Of a DNA stretch of 61,933 nucleotides, positions 28,284 through 39,499 are shown piece by piece (the stretch's first letter is position 1; every line of letters begins with the position of its first letter). Under the pieces are notes generated by a model. That model was not told the origin of the DNA and did not search any database. It worked only from the letters and a program-made list of their open reading frames with translations. Made by a program: the position numbers and the translations under genes. Location of the stretch: NCBI GenBank assembly GCA_938086805.1, contig CALKDH010000023.1, forward strand, positions 1 through 61,933. Direction: 5' to 3'. Origin of the DNA: an uncultured PS1 clade bacterium (GTDB taxonomy: Bacteria; Pseudomonadota; Gammaproteobacteria; PS1; Pseudothioglobaceae).

Positions 28284-31200
28284 TTAGATGGTCTTTCCAA
28301 AACCGCCTCCACCAGGTGTTTTAAGTATAAAAAGATCATTTTCACTTACTTCAATTTGCCCTTTAGTGCCGAGATGTGTCACACTCTCATCAGAATGAAT
28401 CACATAGTTCTTGCCAAGGGCTCCAGACCCCCCTCCACATAAGCCGTAGGGTGGAATTTTTCTGTGACCTGCTATGATATTGACCGTCATTGGTTCAAGA
28501 AAGCGCAGCCTTCGATCAACTCCATCACCACCATTATTCATGCCTTTCCCGCCTGAATTTTTTCTGATGCTAAAAGACTCTAGTTTAACTGGGAATCGCC
28601 ATTCTAGAACCTCTGGGTCAGTCAATCTTGAGTTAGTCATGTGGGTATGAACTGCGCTACATCCTGGCTGATTGATGCTGGCACCCGAGCCTCCACAGAT
28701 TGTTTCATAATTTTGAACTTTGTCATTACCCCAAATAAAGTTGTTCATTGTTCCTTGAGATGCTGCAAAGTCTCCTAGAGCACCTAGTAAAGCATCAACA
28801 ATATATTGAGATGTTTCAACATTTCCGGAAAAAACAGCAGCAGGGTACTCAGGATTGATCATTGAGTTTTTAGGAATGACTAAATGTAAGGGTTTGAGGC
28901 AACCAGAATTTAGAGGTATATTATCATCCACCAGACAGCGAAAAACATACAGTACTGCAGCATAACAAATTGCACTCGGTGCATTATAGTTTCCAGGATG
29001 TTGTTTGCTAGTTCCTGTGAAATCAATCGTTGCAGAGCGCCTTACTTTATCCACACTAATAGATACACAGACTTGATGACCGTCATCCATCTGATAGGTA
29101 AAGCTTGAGTCACTTAAAACATCTAAAACTCGTCGAACTGATTCCTCAGCATTGTCTTGTACATAACCCATATAAGCATGAACAACTTCTACTCCATAGT
29201 GCTCGATTACTTTTTTAAGTTCTTGAGACCCTTTTTCTGCAGCTGCAACTTGCGCCTTTAAATCTGCAATATTTTGATTTATATTTCTTGCTGGATATTC
29301 CGCTTGAGTCAATAATTCTTTAATTTCATCCTCAAGAAACACCCCTTTGGAGACAATAGTAAAATTATCGATTAACACCCCCTCTTCTTTAATATGGGTT
29401 GAATTAGCTGGCGCAGAGCCTGGAACTGTTCCACCTATGTCAGCATGATGACCCCTGGTGGCGACATAGAAAATTACATTTTCATTAGAGTTGTCGAATA
29501 CAGGCTTTATTAGTGTGATGTCTGGTAAGTGAGTTCCACCGTTGTAAGGAGCATTAATGAGAAAGGCATCTCCAGATTTCATTGTAAGTGAGTTTTCACG
29601 AATAATAGTCTTAATTGACTCACTCATTGAGCCCAAATGAACAGGCACATGGGGAGCATTAGCAACCAATTCACCTTCAGGAGAAAATACAGCACAGGAA
29701 AAGTCTAATCGTTCTTTGATATTGACAGATGACGCAGTATTCTCCAGTACCATGCCCATTTGTTCTGCAACATTCATAAACAAGTTATTAAAAATCTCTA
29801 ACATAATCGGGTCTACGTTAGTTCCAATGGCTTTAGACCTGAAGACTTCTTGAGTTCGTGTAAGAATTAAATCATTGCTATCTTTAAGAAGCCCATCCCA
29901 ACCTGGCTCTATGATGAATGTAGACGTTGGTTCAATAATCACCGCAGGTCCAGATATTTTTTCATTGGGCTTGATATCATCTCGATTATAAAAAATAGTT
30001 TTTTCGAGTCTCCCATTTATAAAAATATCTTCAGTTGCTAAAGACTCAGTATTTGTTTTATTGTGAGTACTTACCTTTGAATGAAATTGCTCACTTTGAC
30101 ACGACACCTCTGTCTGAATTGATTCAATAATGATCACCTTTTCTGGCGAGATAAATCCAAACCTTGATTTATGCGTATTCTCAAAATCCACTTTCATTTT
30201 AGAAAATTTCGCAAATTTAATAGGTAATGATGTGTCAGAGTCTTTGTATCGAAGAAAAACCCGATCGGTATATTTAAATAGCTTCTCATTTAGGTTTTGT
30301 GAAATTAAATCTTGTTTCCCATCAGAATGAAGGCTTTTAAAATCCTTATTCAGTGGGCCTATTAAGCTAATTTCTAAGGGCAATTCAACTGCTAAATTGT
30401 TGATTGTTCGACTATCAGCAAGTCCAATGCCGTAGGCAGATAAAACACCTGCATAAGGATGAAGATGGATTTTTTTGATGCCTAGTTTATCAGCTACCAT
30501 GCAGGCATGTTGACCACCAGCTCCACCAAAACAGGAGAGTGTATAGTTGCTGACATCATAGCCACGTTGAACTGATATTTTTTTGATTGCATTTGACATG
30601 CTATCAACTGCAATCGATAAAAAGCCTTCTGCAACCTCAAAGGGAGTAACTGCTTTCTGGGTTTTTAATGAAATATTTTTAGCCAGAGTGGTAAATTTTC
30701 TTTGAACAATTTTGAGGTCAAGTTTTTGATTACCCATAGGACCAAAAACATTAGGAAAGTAATCTGGATTAAGCTTGCCAAGCATCACGTTACAATCAGT
30801 CACTGTAAGAGGACCACCGTTGCGATAACAGGCTGGTCCCGGAAAAGCTCCAGCCGATTCTGGGCCAACGCGATATCTAGACCCATCAAAATGAAGAATA
30901 GATCCACCACCTGCAGCAACAGTGTTTATCAACATCATAGGTGATTTGATCCTGACGCCTGTCACCTCTGTCTCGAGGGTTCTTTCATATTCGCCATTGT
31001 AGTGGCAGACATCGGTCGACGTCCCTCCCATGTCAAAACCTATTAGTTTATTTAGCCCAATATTTTCTCCAGTTTTGACCATACCAACTACACCACCTGC
31101 AGGGCCTGAAAGAATAGCATCCTTTCCTTGAAAGTGGTTGGCATCTGTCAGACCCCCATTCGATTGCATAAACATCAATTGACTTAAGTTTGATTGACTA

Positions 31201-31907
31201 GTTCCCAGCTTAGTTCTAATTTGATTAACATAACGACGAAGTATGGGAGATAAGTAGGCATCAACTACTGTCGTATCTCCGCGAGGAATGATTTTCATGA
31301 GTGGGCTTATCTGATGGCTGACAGAAATTTGTGTAAACCCAATTTCATTGGCTATTATACTAATTTGCCTTTCGTGTTCTTGATACCTGTATCCATGTAA
31401 CAAAACAATTGCAATAGATTTGAAGCCTTTTTTATAGGCCTGAGAGAGTATTTTTTTTGTATCTGAAATATCCAGAGGTTTTAATACTTTTCCTCCTTTG
31501 TCAACTCGCTCATCGATTTCAACCACATCAGAATAAAGCATATCTGGAAGTTGAATGTCTAAGGAAAATAATTCAGGTCTTTGTTGGTATCCTATTCTTA
31601 AGATGTCTGCAAAGCCTTTCGTGATTGCTAAGAGTGTCTTTTCTCCTTTTCTTTCTAGAAGTGCATTAGTGGCAACTGTAGTGCCCATCTTTATAGACTC
31701 AATTTGATGAGTTGGAATAGGCTCTTTGTCTTCTAAAGACAGCAAATCTCTAATGCCCTGAATTGCTGCATCTTCATAATGGAGTGGGTTTTCAGATAAT
31801 AGTTTATGACTTGAGATCTCCCCATTAGGGTTTTTACTAATAATATCAGTAAATGTTCCACCTCTATCAATCCAAAACTGCCACTTTGGTTTTTCATTTA
31901 AATTCAT
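28284..31907 (-). CDS. Fused hydantoinase A/B / 5-oxoprolinase (ATP-hydrolysing)
   Basis: [52 protein letters not shown]. Confidence 0.92.
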   Translation of the reverse strand: MNLNEKPKWQFWIDRGGTFTDIISKNPNGEISSHKLLSENPLHYEDAAIQGIRDLLSLEDKEPIPTHQIESIKMGTTVATNALLERKGEKTLLAITKGFADILRIGYQQRPELFSLDIQLPDMLYSDVVEIDERVDKGGKVLKPLDISDTKKILSQAYKKGFKSIAIVLLHGYRYQEHERQISIIANEIGFTQISVSHQISPLMKIIPRGDTTVVDAYLSPILRRYVNQIRTKLGTSQSNLSQLMFMQSNGGLTDANHFQGKDAILSGPAGGVVGMVKTGENIGLNKLIGFDMGGTSTDVCHYNGEYERTLETEVTGVRIKSPMMLINTVAAGGGSILHFDGSRYRVGPESAGAFPGPACYRNGGPLTVTDCNVMLGKLNPDYFPNVFGPMGNQKLDLKIVQRKFTTLAKNISLKTQKAVTPFEVAEGFLSIAVDSMSNAIKKISVQRGYDVSNYTLSCFGGAGGQHACMVADKLGIKKIHLHPYAGVLSAYGIGLADSRTINNLAVELPLEISLIGPLNKDFKSLHSDGKQDLISQNLNEKLFKYTDRVFLRYKDSDTSLPIKFAKFSKMKVDFENTHKSRFGFISPEKVIIIESIQTEVSCQSEQFHSKVSTHNKTNTESLATEDIFINGRLEKTIFYNRDDIKPNEKISGPAVIIEPTSTFIIEPGWDGLLKDSNDLILTRTQEVFRSKAIGTNVDPIMLEIFNNLFMNVAEQMGMVLENTASSVNIKERLDFSCAVFSPEGELVANAPHVPVHLGSMSESIKTIIRENSLTMKSGDAFLINAPYNGGTHLPDITLIKPVFDNSNENVIFYVATRGHHADIGGTVPGSAPANSTHIKEEGVLIDNFTIVSKGVFLEDEIKELLTQAEYPARNINQNIADLKAQVAAAEKGSQELKKVIEHYGVEVVHAYMGYVQDNAEESVRRVLDVLSDSSFTYQMDDGHQVCVSISVDKVRRSATIDFTGTSKQHPGNYNAPSAICYAAVLYVFRCLVDDNIPLNSGCLKPLHLVIPKNSMINPEYPAAVFSGNVETSQYIVDALLGALGDFAASQGTMNNFIWGNDKVQNYETICGGSGASINQPGCSAVHTHMTNSRLTDPEVLEWRFPVKLESFSIRKNSGGKGMNNGGDGVDRRLRFLEPMTVNIIAGHRKIPPYGLCGGGSGALGKNYVIHSDESVTHLGTKGQIEVSENDLFILKTPGGGGFGKTI

Positions 31908-31993
31908 TAAAAACTTTTGAATAAAATCTTTACATGAATTATATAGGCAAACAAATTATTTGATTTTCTTAACTAGAGGATTAAAAAAAATCA

Positions 31994-32022
31994 TTGACAT
32001 CTAGAAGTTTTAGGAACACAAT
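31994..32022 (+). promoter_or_regulatory. Putative sigma70 promoter of the DMT gene
   Basis: TTGACA-N17-CACAAT. Confidence 0.5.
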
Positions 32023-32064
32023 GCCGGAATTATTTCTAGTCATAGAGTTAAAGGGGGCGACAGG

Positions 32065-32961
32065 TTGAAGAATAGCTATTTAATCGGTTTTTTTCTTGTT
32101 GTCGTGAGTGGAGTAATATGGAGCTTTGGAGCCCCACTTGTAAGATATCTAGAAGACGCTGAAATCTATAGGCTTCAGTATCTTCTTTACAGAGGCTTAA
32201 TCATCACCTCAGTCATACTCATTTTCGTTCTTTTTAGAGAGGGGAGGAACTTTTTCCATACTTTTAGGAGAATAGACTCATGGAGCTTGATTGGAAGTCT
32301 TGTTATGTCTGTTACATTTTTTGGGTGGATATATGCACTCACAACAACTACAGTTGCAATAACTCTTCTCATGCTCGCAGTTTCTCCAGTTTTGTCCGCA
32401 TTTTTGGGATACCTCATTCTCGGTGAGAGACTGAGTAAAAGTACACTGATCAATATGTTCATTGTAGCAATAGGAATTACCATCATGGTTTGGGACACTG
32501 ATAAGTCAGCAACCATCATCGGTGTTATTTATGGATTTTTTGTTGCTCTGGGTTTTTCTATCTATACAATTACGATTAGAAAAAACCCCGAGGTTCCCAA
32601 GTTGTTAACTCCAGCTCTTGCTGGTTTCTTTTGCATGATCTGGGCGACAATTCTTATACTGCTAACTGGTGGTAACTTTGAGATGCCATCCGCTAATATT
32701 GGGATTAGTATGACTCATGGTCTCGTTGTAGGTATAGGTTTAATATTGTATGGTCTTGGAGCAAAATACCTCCCTAGTGGAGAACTTGTCATGCTTTCTT
32801 TGCTTGAAGTTGTCCTGGGTATTTTTTGGGCATGGCTTCCAGTTCTCGGAATTAATGAGGTTCCAACTCGAAATACATTAATTGGTGGATTGGCGATTTT
32901 ATTTGCGATTGTTATGCAGGGCGTTTATGCACGAAAAAAACACCTGATTCCAATGCCATAA
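32065..32961 (+). CDS. DMT/EamA family transporter
   Basis: Ten-TM pattern; LGYLILGERL, LSLLEVVLG. Confidence 0.88.
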   Translation: MKNSYLIGFFLVVVSGVIWSFGAPLVRYLEDAEIYRLQYLLYRGLIITSVILIFVLFREGRNFFHTFRRIDSWSLIGSLVMSVTFFGWIYALTTTTVAITLLMLAVSPVLSAFLGYLILGERLSKSTLINMFIVAIGITIMVWDTDKSATIIGVIYGFFVALGFSIYTITIRKNPEVPKLLTPALAGFFCMIWATILILLTGGNFEMPSANIGISMTHGLVVGIGLILYGLGAKYLPSGELVMLSLLEVVLGIFWAWLPVLGINEVPTRNTLIGGLAILFAIVMQGVYARKKHLIPMP

Positions 32962-33178
32962 ACTACTGTATTAACAGTATTTTTTGTTTTAATTGAAAGA
33001 TTGCTTTAGCTCGCTTTAATTGTTAAAATTCTCACTTTTTTATCTAATCTTACTCAAAGGTTAAGTAGATATATTTACACTTTTTGTATTTAATAATTAC
33101 ATAGTAGAATCAGTGTTTATGAAGTGAGCATCGAACTCTGATGCTACAATTGAATGTTTTTGAAAGAGCATAAGTGGA

Positions 33179-34285
33179 ATGAGCAAACTAGTCTTACCAA
33201 ATATTAACAGTGAAGACCCGATTCGCTGGACAGGTGATGTGTCGCCGCTTGAATGCATTGATATAAAAGATGAAACACATAATGTTAAAAGTTTTACATT
33301 TAAATCAAAGAAAGATGCTTTCTTTCAGTTTTACCCAGGGCAACACACAACACTTTTTTTGAAAATTGATGGCAATGATGTAATGCGAACTTACACTATT
33401 GCTTCAAGCCCTACCAGGCCTAATACTATAACAATTACAAATAAAAGAATGGTGGATGGCGTTGTAACCAATTGGATGCACGATAGTTTGAAGGTTGGTG
33501 ATTGCGTTGATGCTCTTGATATTGGTGGTTCCTTCTCTGTGGCCTTAGATAAACCAAAGTCAAAAATATTATTTTTATCAGGAGGGAGTGGAATTACTCC
33601 AATGCTTTCTATGACAAGATATTTTTGTGACCTATTTGTGGATGTGGATATAGCTTTTATTCATAACGCACAATCTGAACAAGATTTAATTTCAAAAGAT
33701 GAGATTGATTTTTATGAATCAAGTCAAAGTGATTTTAAAAGCCATTATGTTTGTGATAAAGATAGTGAAAGTTGGACTGGGCCTACTGGTTTTTTGAATA
33801 ATGAGATGCTCCTCAATCTCGTTCCTGATTTTGCGGAAAGAGAAATCTATTGTTGTGGGCCTGAACCTTATATGCAGAATGTAAAAAAAATACTTGGTTC
33901 AACTAATTATGATATGAATTTCTATCATCAAGAGAGCTTTGATATTGAGAGTTCAACGGCCCAAAAAAATATGGCAATTAATGTTGATTTGCCTGAACAT
34001 AAAGTTACAGAAAGTGAAATAAATGAATATAATGTCACCCTGTCAAAGAGCGGAGATGTTGTGCCTTGTGGAAGCAATACTAATATCTTAGTTTCCATTC
34101 AAAAACAAGGTATCACTGTTCCATTTGCATGCTCACAGGGTTTGTGTGGAACTTGTCGAACTAAAATGCTTGATGGAACTGTTGAAATGGATGCTCAAGG
34201 CGGACTTTTGAAGTCGCATGAACAAGAAGGATATATTTTGACTTGTTGCTCCTATCCAACAAGTGATATTGTGCTTGATTTATAG
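33179..34285 (+). CDS. Hybrid-cluster-type FAD/NAD(P)H/[2Fe-2S] reductase (GbcB/BmoB-like)
   Basis: RTYTIASSP, GGSGITP, CCGP, C-terminal CSQGLCGTC...CC ferredoxin domain. Confidence 0.85.
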   Translation: MSKLVLPNINSEDPIRWTGDVSPLECIDIKDETHNVKSFTFKSKKDAFFQFYPGQHTTLFLKIDGNDVMRTYTIASSPTRPNTITITNKRMVDGVVTNWMHDSLKVGDCVDALDIGGSFSVALDKPKSKILFLSGGSGITPMLSMTRYFCDLFVDVDIAFIHNAQSEQDLISKDEIDFYESSQSDFKSHYVCDKDSESWTGPTGFLNNEMLLNLVPDFAEREIYCCGPEPYMQNVKKILGSTNYDMNFYHQESFDIESSTAQKNMAINVDLPEHKVTESEINEYNVTLSKSGDVVPCGSNTNILVSIQKQGITVPFACSQGLCGTCRTKMLDGTVEMDAQGGLLKSHEQEGYILTCCSYPTSDIVLDL

Positions 34286-34306
34286 ATTATTAGTTGAGTA
34301 AACGTT

Positions 34307-35557
34307 ATGCAAAAAAAATATTCATGGTATTCGCTTTTAAAGGCAGGATTAGCTAACCAAGATTGGGATAAGGCTATACCCTCATCAAAACCCAAATCAA
34401 AATATGATGTGATTATCATTGGAGGTGGTGGGCATGGGCTTGCTACAGCCTATTACCTAGCCAAAGAGTGTGGTATCAAGAATGTTGCAGTGGTTGAGAA
34501 GGGCTATATTGGTGGAGGAAATACCGGAAGGAATACCACTATCATTAGGTCTAATTATTTGAGAGATGAAGCATCCAGTCTTTATGAGCATTCAATGAGG
34601 TTGTGGGAGGGCTTGAGTGAGGATTTAAATTTCAATGTTATGTTTAGTCAGAGAGGTGTTTACAATCTCGGGCATACCCTTCAGGACATGAGGGATATTG
34701 AAAGAAGAGTTAATGCTAATGTATTAAATGGTGTTGATGCTGTAGTAGTCGACCGTAAAGAAATCAAAGAACAAATTCCAATTATCAATACATCAAAAAA
34801 TGTAAGGTATCCAATTATGGGGGCTTCATTTCAGGCGCGTGCTGGGGTTGCTCGTCACGATGGTGTTGCCTGGGGCTTTGCTCGTGCTGCTTCAAACCTT
34901 GGAGTCGATATAATTCAAAATTGTGAGGTAATCGATATTGAAGTCGAAGAGGGTCGAGTTAAAGGAGTAAAAACCACTCAGGGTGATATTATGGCAGACC
35001 GTGTTGGATGCGTAAGTGCTGGCCACTCATCGGTAATAGCGAGAATGGCTGGCTTAAGGCTTCCAGTAGAAAGTCATCCACTGCAGGCTTTTGTGTCTGA
35101 AGCAATGAAACCAATTCTTCATACTGTTGTCATGTCTAATGCTGTTCATGGCTATGTTAGTCAGAGCGATAAGGGCGATTTAGTAATAGGTGCTGGTATT
35201 GATGGATACAATTCTTATGCTCAACGTGGCAGCGCTAAAATAGTCGAGCACTGTGCAGCAGCAATTCTTGAATTATTTCCAATTTTCTCGCGTGTTCGAA
35301 TGAATCGACAGTGGGGCGGCATTGTGGATGTGTGTCCTGATGCATGTCCTATTATTAGTCCAACTAAGATTGAGGGCCTCTATTTCAATTGTGGTTGGGG
35401 AACAGGAGGTTTTAAGGCCACTCCAGGTTCAGGGAATGTCTTTGCTCACACTATTGCGCAAGACAAACAGCATGATTTGGCCGTTCCATTCCATATTGAT
35501 CGTTTTACAACTGGTGCACTGATTGATGAGCATGGTGCTGCTGGTGTGGCGCACTAA
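34307..35557 (+). CDS. soxB: Sarcosine oxidase subunit beta
   Basis: [53 protein letters not shown]. Confidence 0.95.
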   Translation: MQKKYSWYSLLKAGLANQDWDKAIPSSKPKSKYDVIIIGGGGHGLATAYYLAKECGIKNVAVVEKGYIGGGNTGRNTTIIRSNYLRDEASSLYEHSMRLWEGLSEDLNFNVMFSQRGVYNLGHTLQDMRDIERRVNANVLNGVDAVVVDRKEIKEQIPIINTSKNVRYPIMGASFQARAGVARHDGVAWGFARAASNLGVDIIQNCEVIDIEVEEGRVKGVKTTQGDIMADRVGCVSAGHSSVIARMAGLRLPVESHPLQAFVSEAMKPILHTVVMSNAVHGYVSQSDKGDLVIGAGIDGYNSYAQRGSAKIVEHCAAAILELFPIFSRVRMNRQWGGIVDVCPDACPIISPTKIEGLYFNCGWGTGGFKATPGSGNVFAHTIAQDKQHDLAVPFHIDRFTTGALIDEHGAAGVAH

Positions 35558-35577
35558 TTTATTTTAAAGGTAATATT

Positions 35578-35862
35578 ATGTTTTCGATTCATTGTCCATA
35601 TTGCAAAGAGCCTAGAGATCAGAATGAATTTTCGCCTGCTGGAGAAGCTTTTATAGCAAGACCTGAAAATCCTGAAGCCTTAAGTGATGAACAGTGGGCT
35701 GATTATGTATTTTATAGGACTAATATCAAGGGGGACCATTGGGAGCAATGGGTTCATACTTCTGGATGTCGGAAATATTTTTTAGTAAAAAGATCAACCA
35801 TTAGTCATGAAGTTCTAGAAGTAGCTACTCTTGATGAAATAGATGGCGAGGAAGTGTCATGA
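35578..35862 (+). CDS. soxD: Sarcosine oxidase subunit delta
   Basis: CPYC.PR...EF, W.H..GC zinc ligands. Confidence 0.92.
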   Translation: MFSIHCPYCKEPRDQNEFSPAGEAFIARPENPEALSDEQWADYVFYRTNIKGDHWEQWVHTSGCRKYFLVKRSTISHEVLEVATLDEIDGEEVS

Positions 35863-38800
35863 GATTAGAGAAACATACAAACAGTCTTATTGATTTTTCC
35901 CAGCCTTTAAGTTTTGTCTTTAATAATAAAGCTTATAAGGGCTTCAAGGGCGATACTCTTGCATCAGCTCTAATTGCCAATGATGTTTTATATTATGCTA
36001 GAAGTTTCAAGTATGGAAGAAAGAGAGGCATTATTGGTGCTGGTGTAGAGGAGCCAAATGCTTTAGTTTCGCTGGAAATTGGGGGTAGATATACACCTAA
36101 TGTTAAGGCAACTGAAATCATGCTTTATGATGGCTTAAGTGCAGTCAGTGCAAGCAATCCACATTCGATTGACTTTCGTGCCATGATTAAGCCACTGCAT
36201 AGATTTATGCCAGCTGGTTTTTACTACAAAACCTTTATCAAACAAAAAATTTGGTCGATTGTGGAGGATCGCCTAAGGTCATTATCAGGATTTTCAAAAG
36301 CACCTTCAGAGGTTGATGAAGATGTCTATGATCATATTTTTCAACATGCAGAAGTGCTCGTAATTGGTGGCGGTGTTGCTGGAATGAGCGCTGCTCTTGA
36401 GATTCTTTCTGGTTCAAAAATTGCCAGGGTTATATTGGTAGATGAGCGAGAAAATTTAGGTGGTGAAATCACAAATGAATTTACAACTGACAAAGATGCA
36501 ACTCTTTGGTATCAAGAAACCAAAGATAAACTTCAAAAGTATAGAGATGCAGAAAATTCACGGCTGAAAATTTTAACATCTGCAACTGCATATGCATGGT
36601 ATGACCATAACTATATAGAAGTTTTGCAGAGTAATGGCACTGGTCAGTCCATGAACCATGAGGGTGGCCAGCATGCTAGAAAAATACTCCATAAGATTAG
36701 GACAAAAGAAGTCATTCTTGCTACTGGAGCTCATGAGCGTCCAATGTTATTTGAGACCAATGATTTGGCGAATATTATGCTAGGTCAGTCTGTCAGACGT
36801 TATTTAAATGAGTTTAATGTAGTTGCCGGTAAAGACATTGTCTTGTATGGAAATAATGATAGTATTTATAGGACTGCAATTGATTTAAGCAAACATAATA
36901 TCAATTCAAAGGTGATTGATGTTAGAGTCTCAGGAAACGAAAGTGAAGCTGTTCTAGAGGCTAAAAATTCAGGAATAGAGGTTTTTCAGGGTTTTGCTGT
37001 TCTTAAAGCAAAAGGTAAAAGTCGAGTAACTGGTGTTGAAATCTCTCAAGTGGAAATGCAAGCTAAACCCCCACATTGGAAATCTAAATGGCGGATAACT
37101 GGAGATACAAAAACTTTAAATTGTGACCTATTAGCAACTTCTGGAGGATTTAATCCAGTGGTTCATTTGGATTGTCATTGTGGTGGAAAAACATTTTTTG
37201 ATGAAAAATCACAATCATTTCTAGCTCAAAAAGAGCGAAAGAATAGACAAGTATGTGGCGCAGTCAATTCAGTAGGGTTTTGGAAAGATGCAATGGCTGA
37301 TGCTAAAAATAAAGCTCAAATAACTCTTCACTCTCTGGGTGAGGAGAATGAAGTGTCCCCTCAAAAGCTTACTCGCCAAAGTCATAACTATTTTAACGTT
37401 GATAAGTTTTTTACCCCAATTGAAATTCTTAATAAGCCCAAAGTTTTTATTGATCTTCAAAACGATGTCACTACGCTGGATGTTGCACTTTCGATTAGAG
37501 AAGGGTATCGCTCAATAGAGCACATTAAGAGATATACTGCCATGGGCTTTGGAACAGACCAAGGTAAAACTGGAAATATTAATGGCATTGCTGTTGCCGC
37601 TGAATTTCTTGACTTACCTATGTCAGAGGTCGGAACAACAACATTTAGACCAGCTTATACAGGTGTGGATTTTGGAGCAATGGCTGGAAGAGAAGTTGGA
37701 GATTTTTTCGATCCACAAAGGTTCACAACAATTCATGACTCCCATGTTAATAGTGGCGCTAAGTTTGAAGTAGTTGGTCAGTGGTATAGACCATGGTACT
37801 ATCCAAAGAATGGTGAGGATATCCATCAGGCTGTTATTAGAGAGTGTCGCGCAGTTAGAGGTTCACTCGGAATGATGGATGCATCAACGCTTGGAAAGAT
37901 TGATATTCAAGGCAAGGACGCGAGAGAATTTTTATCTAGAGTTTACACGAACGCATGGATGAAGTTAGCGCCAGGAAGCTGTCGTTATGGCCTAATGTGT
38001 AATGAAAAAGGAATGATTATTGATGATGGTGTATCAACTTGTATTAATGATAATCATTTTATTATGACAACTACAACAGGGGGTGCTGCAAGTGTATATT
38101 CAACACTAGAAATGTGGCTTCAAACTGAGTGGAGTCATTTGGATGTTCATCTCAGTAGTGTTACGGATCAATTTTCAACAGTTGCTGTTGTTGGTCCAAA
38201 TGCCCGTAAATTGATGAAAAAGTTATGTCTAGATGTTGATTTCGAAAGCAAAAACTTTAAGTTTATGCAATGGCGCCCCGGAACCGTTTGCGGTGTCAAG
38301 GCAAGAATTATGAGAATAAGTTTTTCTGGTGAGCTGGCTTATGAAATAAATATTGAAGCAAATTATGGACGATTTGTTTGGGATGAGGTTGCTCGCGAAG
38401 GCAAACAATGGAACATCACTCCATATGGAACTGAATCAATGCATGTTCTTAGGGCAGAAAAAGGCTTCATCATTGTTGGTCAGGATACAGATGGCTCAAT
38501 GACACCGATGGATGTCAATATGAACTGGATTCTAGCAAAAAATAAGCCTTTTTCTTATATTGGTCGCCGTTCGTTTAGTATATCTGCACTTAATTCGAAT
38601 AATAGGTTGCAGTTAGTTGGCCTTCTCACCAAGGATGATCAGGTTGTTCTTCCAGAAGGCGCACATATAATAAGTAACAAAGGCAAGTCTATTGGTTATG
38701 TCACTTCAAGCTATTACAGTCCATCACTTGGAAGATCAATTGCATTAGCTCAACTAAAAGGCGGACTTTCAAAAATCTCTGAGACCGTCCTTGTGAAGAT

Positions 38801-38897
38801 TGTTCAAGAAAAGCAGAGTCTCAAAGAGATACCGTGTGAAGTTTCAAGTAGTGTCTTTTATGATGTTAATGGTGAAAAGGTAGATGGCAATGACTAA
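35859..38897 (+). CDS. soxA: Sarcosine oxidase subunit alpha
   Basis: GDTLASAL, RSFKY, EHIKRYT.MGFGTDQGK, TTFRP, GcvT-like C-terminus. Confidence 0.94.
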   Translation: MRLEKHTNSLIDFSQPLSFVFNNKAYKGFKGDTLASALIANDVLYYARSFKYGRKRGIIGAGVEEPNALVSLEIGGRYTPNVKATEIMLYDGLSAVSASNPHSIDFRAMIKPLHRFMPAGFYYKTFIKQKIWSIVEDRLRSLSGFSKAPSEVDEDVYDHIFQHAEVLVIGGGVAGMSAALEILSGSKIARVILVDERENLGGEITNEFTTDKDATLWYQETKDKLQKYRDAENSRLKILTSATAYAWYDHNYIEVLQSNGTGQSMNHEGGQHARKILHKIRTKEVILATGAHERPMLFETNDLANIMLGQSVRRYLNEFNVVAGKDIVLYGNNDSIYRTAIDLSKHNINSKVIDVRVSGNESEAVLEAKNSGIEVFQGFAVLKAKGKSRVTGVEISQVEMQAKPPHWKSKWRITGDTKTLNCDLLATSGGFNPVVHLDCHCGGKTFFDEKSQSFLAQKERKNRQVCGAVNSVGFWKDAMADAKNKAQITLHSLGEENEVSPQKLTRQSHNYFNVDKFFTPIEILNKPKVFIDLQNDVTTLDVALSIREGYRSIEHIKRYTAMGFGTDQGKTGNINGIAVAAEFLDLPMSEVGTTTFRPAYTGVDFGAMAGREVGDFFDPQRFTTIHDSHVNSGAKFEVVGQWYRPWYYPKNGEDIHQAVIRECRAVRGSLGMMDASTLGKIDIQGKDAREFLSRVYTNAWMKLAPGSCRYGLMCNEKGMIIDDGVSTCINDNHFIMTTTTGGAASVYSTLEMWLQTEWSHLDVHLSSVTDQFSTVAVVGPNARKLMKKLCLDVDFESKNFKFMQWRPGTVCGVKARIMRISFSGELAYEINIEANYGRFVWDEVAREGKQWNITPYGTESMHVLRAEKGFIIVGQDTDGSMTPMDVNMNWILAKNKPFSYIGRRSFSISALNSNNRLQLVGLLTKDDQVVLPEGAHIISNKGKSIGYVTSSYYSPSLGRSIALAQLKGGLSKISETVLVKIVQEKQSLKEIPCEVSSSVFYDVNGEKVDGND

Positions 38898-39480
38898 AAG
38901 TAGTAATTTTGAAAATATGGAGCCAGAATTTAGATCAACTTTCAATCCACTTGTTGATGAAGTAGGTTTTTTGGTGAATCAAGATGAAATCAGTTGTCAA
39001 GAAATCATAGGAAACTCACTGCTTATATTAAGGACTTCTAAAGACTCTAAAAAAAATATTAAAGCCGCAAAAGACCTCTTCAATATTGATCTTCCACAGG
39101 CACTTCAAATGACTATGACAGATTCTAACTTAAAATGCTTTTGGGTTAGTCCAGATGAGTTTTGGGTTTTATTAGGTACTCATCAAGTAAAAGAAATTGA
39201 AGAGAAGTCCAATAACCTTCCGTTGGGAGTATCTATTACTAACAATTCTGCTGCCTATGGCACTCTTGAGTTTAAAGGAGACAAAACTATTGCGCTATTA
39301 AGTCGATGGATGAGTTATGATCTTGAGGAAGCTCTTCCAGATGGAAAAGCTGTTTCGACAACTTTTGGACAGGCACCAGTTTTTATTTATCGTGAAAAAA
39401 AGAGTATATACATGCTGGTTAGGCATTCTTTTTCTCACTATGTCGCTGGTTTAATCAAGGACAGCGCTAAAAGAATTTAG
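38884..39480 (+). CDS. soxG: Sarcosine oxidase subunit gamma
   Basis: WVSPDEFW, VRHSFSHY; follows soxA. Confidence 0.85.
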   Translation: MAMTKSSNFENMEPEFRSTFNPLVDEVGFLVNQDEISCQEIIGNSLLILRTSKDSKKNIKAAKDLFNIDLPQALQMTMTDSNLKCFWVSPDEFWVLLGTHQVKEIEEKSNNLPLGVSITNNSAAYGTLEFKGDKTIALLSRWMSYDLEEALPDGKAVSTTFGQAPVFIYREKKSIYMLVRHSFSHYVAGLIKDSAKRI

Positions 39481-39499
39481 GCTTAATAATTACGGTAAG

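Noticed and set aside
34307-39480. sox genes as sulfur oxidation genes
   Set aside because: The motifs are those of heterotetrameric sarcosine oxidase; only the gene name coincides.
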